A stretch of 64,000 bases of DNA from Utricularia gibba (Eukaryota; Plantae; Magnoliophyta), in the NCBI GenBank assembly GCA_002189035.1, contig CM007989.1, forward strand, positions 7,688,001 to 7,752,000, in the 5' to 3' direction. The notes under the pieces were generated by a model, which saw nothing but the letters and a program-made list of their open reading frames with translations, was not told the DNA's origin and ran no database searches. A program made the translations under genes and the position numbers. Shown one piece after another: positions 62,074 through 64,000 of this stretch; within the stretch, counting starts at the first letter, position 1, and each line of letters opens with the position of its first letter.

Positions 62074-63138
62074 ATGAGCGGCTTCTTCCCAGACGAAGTG
62101 ATATTGGGGATTTTGGCGCGATTGCCGATCAAATCCCTGATTAGGGCAAAATGCGTGTGCAGGGTTTGGCGTCAGCTGATATCCGACGGATATTTCACCA
62201 GTTTGTATAACGAGATGTCCGTCCGGAATCCCATGGTGCTGCTGGAGATCTCGGAGCCCTACCTGGAATCAAAACCCAACCTGATTCTCATCGACACTTC
62301 CAGGGGCGCCTCCGAACTTTCCCTGGATTTCATCAAGGACAGGGTCAAGGTTAGAGCCTCTTGCAATGGCTTACTCTGCTGCTCAAGCATCCCTGATAGA
62401 GGCGTTTACTACGTCTGCAATCCCATCACCAAGGAGTACAGATTGCTTCCAAGAACTCGGGAGAGGCCCATCACCAGATTCTATCCCGACGGGGAGCCTA
62501 CGCTTGTGGCCTTGGCCTGCAACTTGGCTTCGATGGAGTACAAGGCTGTGCTTGCTGGGTACCATCGGTCTTTCGGGCGGAGGCCGGAGAGGGACTTCAT
62601 GTGCTTGGTGTTCCATTCGGAGTCGAACAAATGGAGGAGGTTTGTGACAGAGCAGGATGATCATTTCAGTCATATGAACAGGAACCAGGTTGTGTTTGTC
62701 AGGGGGGCTCTGCATTGGCTCACTGCAAGTTACTCCTTTGTTCTTGTCCTTGATTTGGACTGCGAGGCTTGGAGAAAGATCCCCCTGCCTGAAGAGATTG
62801 TCACCTCCGGGAGCCGGATTTACTTGCTGGAATGGGAGGGACGATTGTCCGTGATCCAGATTTCAGATCCTTGGATGAGTGTCTGGGTGATGGAGGACTA
62901 TGAGAAGGAAGAGTGGCAGAGGGTGGATAGAGTGAGCCTCCGGTGCATCAGAGGATTAGTTCCGGGCGTCTTTCCGATCAGCCAGACGCAGGAGTTTGTC
63001 TTCCTTGCTTCACATAGGCAGGTATTGGTGTACCAGAGAAGAACCAATGTTTGGAGGGAGGTGTATTCAGTGAGTGCCACCCTGCCCTTGTGGTCTTCTG
63101 CTTATGCTTTCAGGAGCACACTTGTTTCTTCCCTGTAA
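62074..63138 (+). CDS. Intronless F-box protein with F-box-associated domain (At5g49610-like)
   Basis: FFPDEVILGILARLPIKSLIRAKCVCRVW F-box; ELSLDFIKDRVKVRASCNGLLCCSSIPDRGVYYVCNP; RERPITRFYPDGE; VSLRCIRGLVPGVFPI; LPLWSSAYAFRST. ATG taken at 62074 rather than the TTG at 61951. Confidence 0.93.
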   Translation: MSGFFPDEVILGILARLPIKSLIRAKCVCRVWRQLISDGYFTSLYNEMSVRNPMVLLEISEPYLESKPNLILIDTSRGASELSLDFIKDRVKVRASCNGLLCCSSIPDRGVYYVCNPITKEYRLLPRTRERPITRFYPDGEPTLVALACNLASMEYKAVLAGYHRSFGRRPERDFMCLVFHSESNKWRRFVTEQDDHFSHMNRNQVVFVRGALHWLTASYSFVLVLDLDCEAWRKIPLPEEIVTSGSRIYLLEWEGRLSVIQISDPWMSVWVMEDYEKEEWQRVDRVSLRCIRGLVPGVFPISQTQEFVFLASHRQVLVYQRRTNVWREVYSVSATLPLWSSAYAFRSTLVSSL

Positions 63139-63505
63139 GCATGTTGCGGGATGCTGGATAGTTTCTACTAATCTCAGTGATATGATTCAAGTGTTTCCCT
63201 TGCTGTAGATAGTATGGAAGCTGTTGTTCTGGTCATTCAATTGTCTTTGTTGTGTTTCCAGAAAAAAACATCACTTGAATCGATTCCGTCCGCAATTGCG
63301 GCAACCATTAGAATCTGGGGGAACCTTGCACAATATCCATAGGAGCATAACATCAAAACTACCAAACAGAAAATGCTTCAAAGATAAAATAGGGACACCT
63401 GATCTGGCCATTTCATTTGGAGCCTACAAACAATATTTGAAAGGGTAAACCTCCATCCAGAGGGCTGGGGATATTTGAGAAGTGCATTCAGCTCCATCAC
63501 AAATC

Positions 63506-64000
63506 TCATGAATCTGAGGCAGAGGGTGAACTGCTTTCCCGGAGGAGTCGACGCTGGTGTACGTCCCAGTTATAGACCCGCGCAATGGTGACCTATCCAC
63601 ACATGATCGCCAATGGTAAACCACAAATTGCCCTCATTTCTTTGAGCAGTAATGTCTTCTTAGATTAGATATGTGAGCTACTGTTTGAACTTCACCTCTG
63701 ATAGAAAAATTTGCTGAAAAGAACAAGGCTCTAGAATCCCCATGAATTACCTGCGTTACAGTCACTTGATCTCTAAGAAATTGTAGATCAGCAATAAGAA
63801 CTTGCAGGCTAGCTTTTGCATTCTCTAAATTCTTCTTTAGAAGGTCAATCGCCTGCACGATCAAGGTCAATGCACCCCAATTTGTAAGGCCTCAGAGAAG
63901 GCAGGCAAGTTACCTCGTCACATGAATATTCCAGCATCACATTCGCTCCAAGCCAGAGACACACAGAATCAGTATCTTCTACACGAGCACGAGAGTAAAT
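63506..64000 (-). CDS. PFD3: Prefoldin subunit 3 (VBP1), 3' part only; exons >64000-63914, 63852-63751, 63592-63506
   Basis: [29 protein letters not shown]|[34 protein letters not shown]|[15 protein letters not shown]. Confidence 0.95.

Noticed and set aside
1-64000. Prokaryotic-style features (operons, CRISPR arrays, GTG/TTG starts from the ORF track)
   Set aside because: Genes are spliced with GT-AG introns and encode plant-specific families. No regularly spaced repeat array exists. ORF-track starts at GTG/TTG are artefacts of the bacterial code.

Overview
This is eukaryotic plant (eudicot) nuclear DNA, not prokaryotic. It is very gene-dense: 19 spliced protein-coding genes in 64 kb (~3.4 kb per gene), mostly 65-120 nt introns, and short AT-rich spacers with decayed MITE-like sequence. 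That fits a miniature genome such as Lentibulariaceae (Utricularia/Genlisea), but this is inference only. Gene order: ATH1(+), NDL/SF21(-), complex I PSST(-), SIG3(+), CABIN1(-), an uncharacterised signal-peptide/TM protein(+), profilin(+), AHP4(-), SAWADEE/SHH-like(+), MUT9-like/HD16 casein kinase(+), PATROL1/Munc13-like DUF810(-), a small basic conserved protein(-), ABHD17(+), RGLG(+), ATN1-like Raf kinase(-), mitochondrial phosphate carrier(-), EXO70C(+), F-box(+), prefoldin 3(-, runs off the end). The most consistent hidden signal is that four otherwise intact genes (NDL, CABIN1, the uncharacterised gene, EXO70C) each have a frame break at a plus-strand G run, and adding one G repairs each. 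A systematic homopolymer consensus error is most likely; genuine slippage is unlikely but testable. Other observations: two GC-AG introns, an ATG-only first coding exon, short templated intronic duplications, and a decayed ~65-bp inverted repeat around an unexplained 1.2-kb segment. No rRNA, tRNA, CRISPR array or recognisable miRNA was found. I found no convincing novel multi-gene system. Exon boundaries were read by eye.
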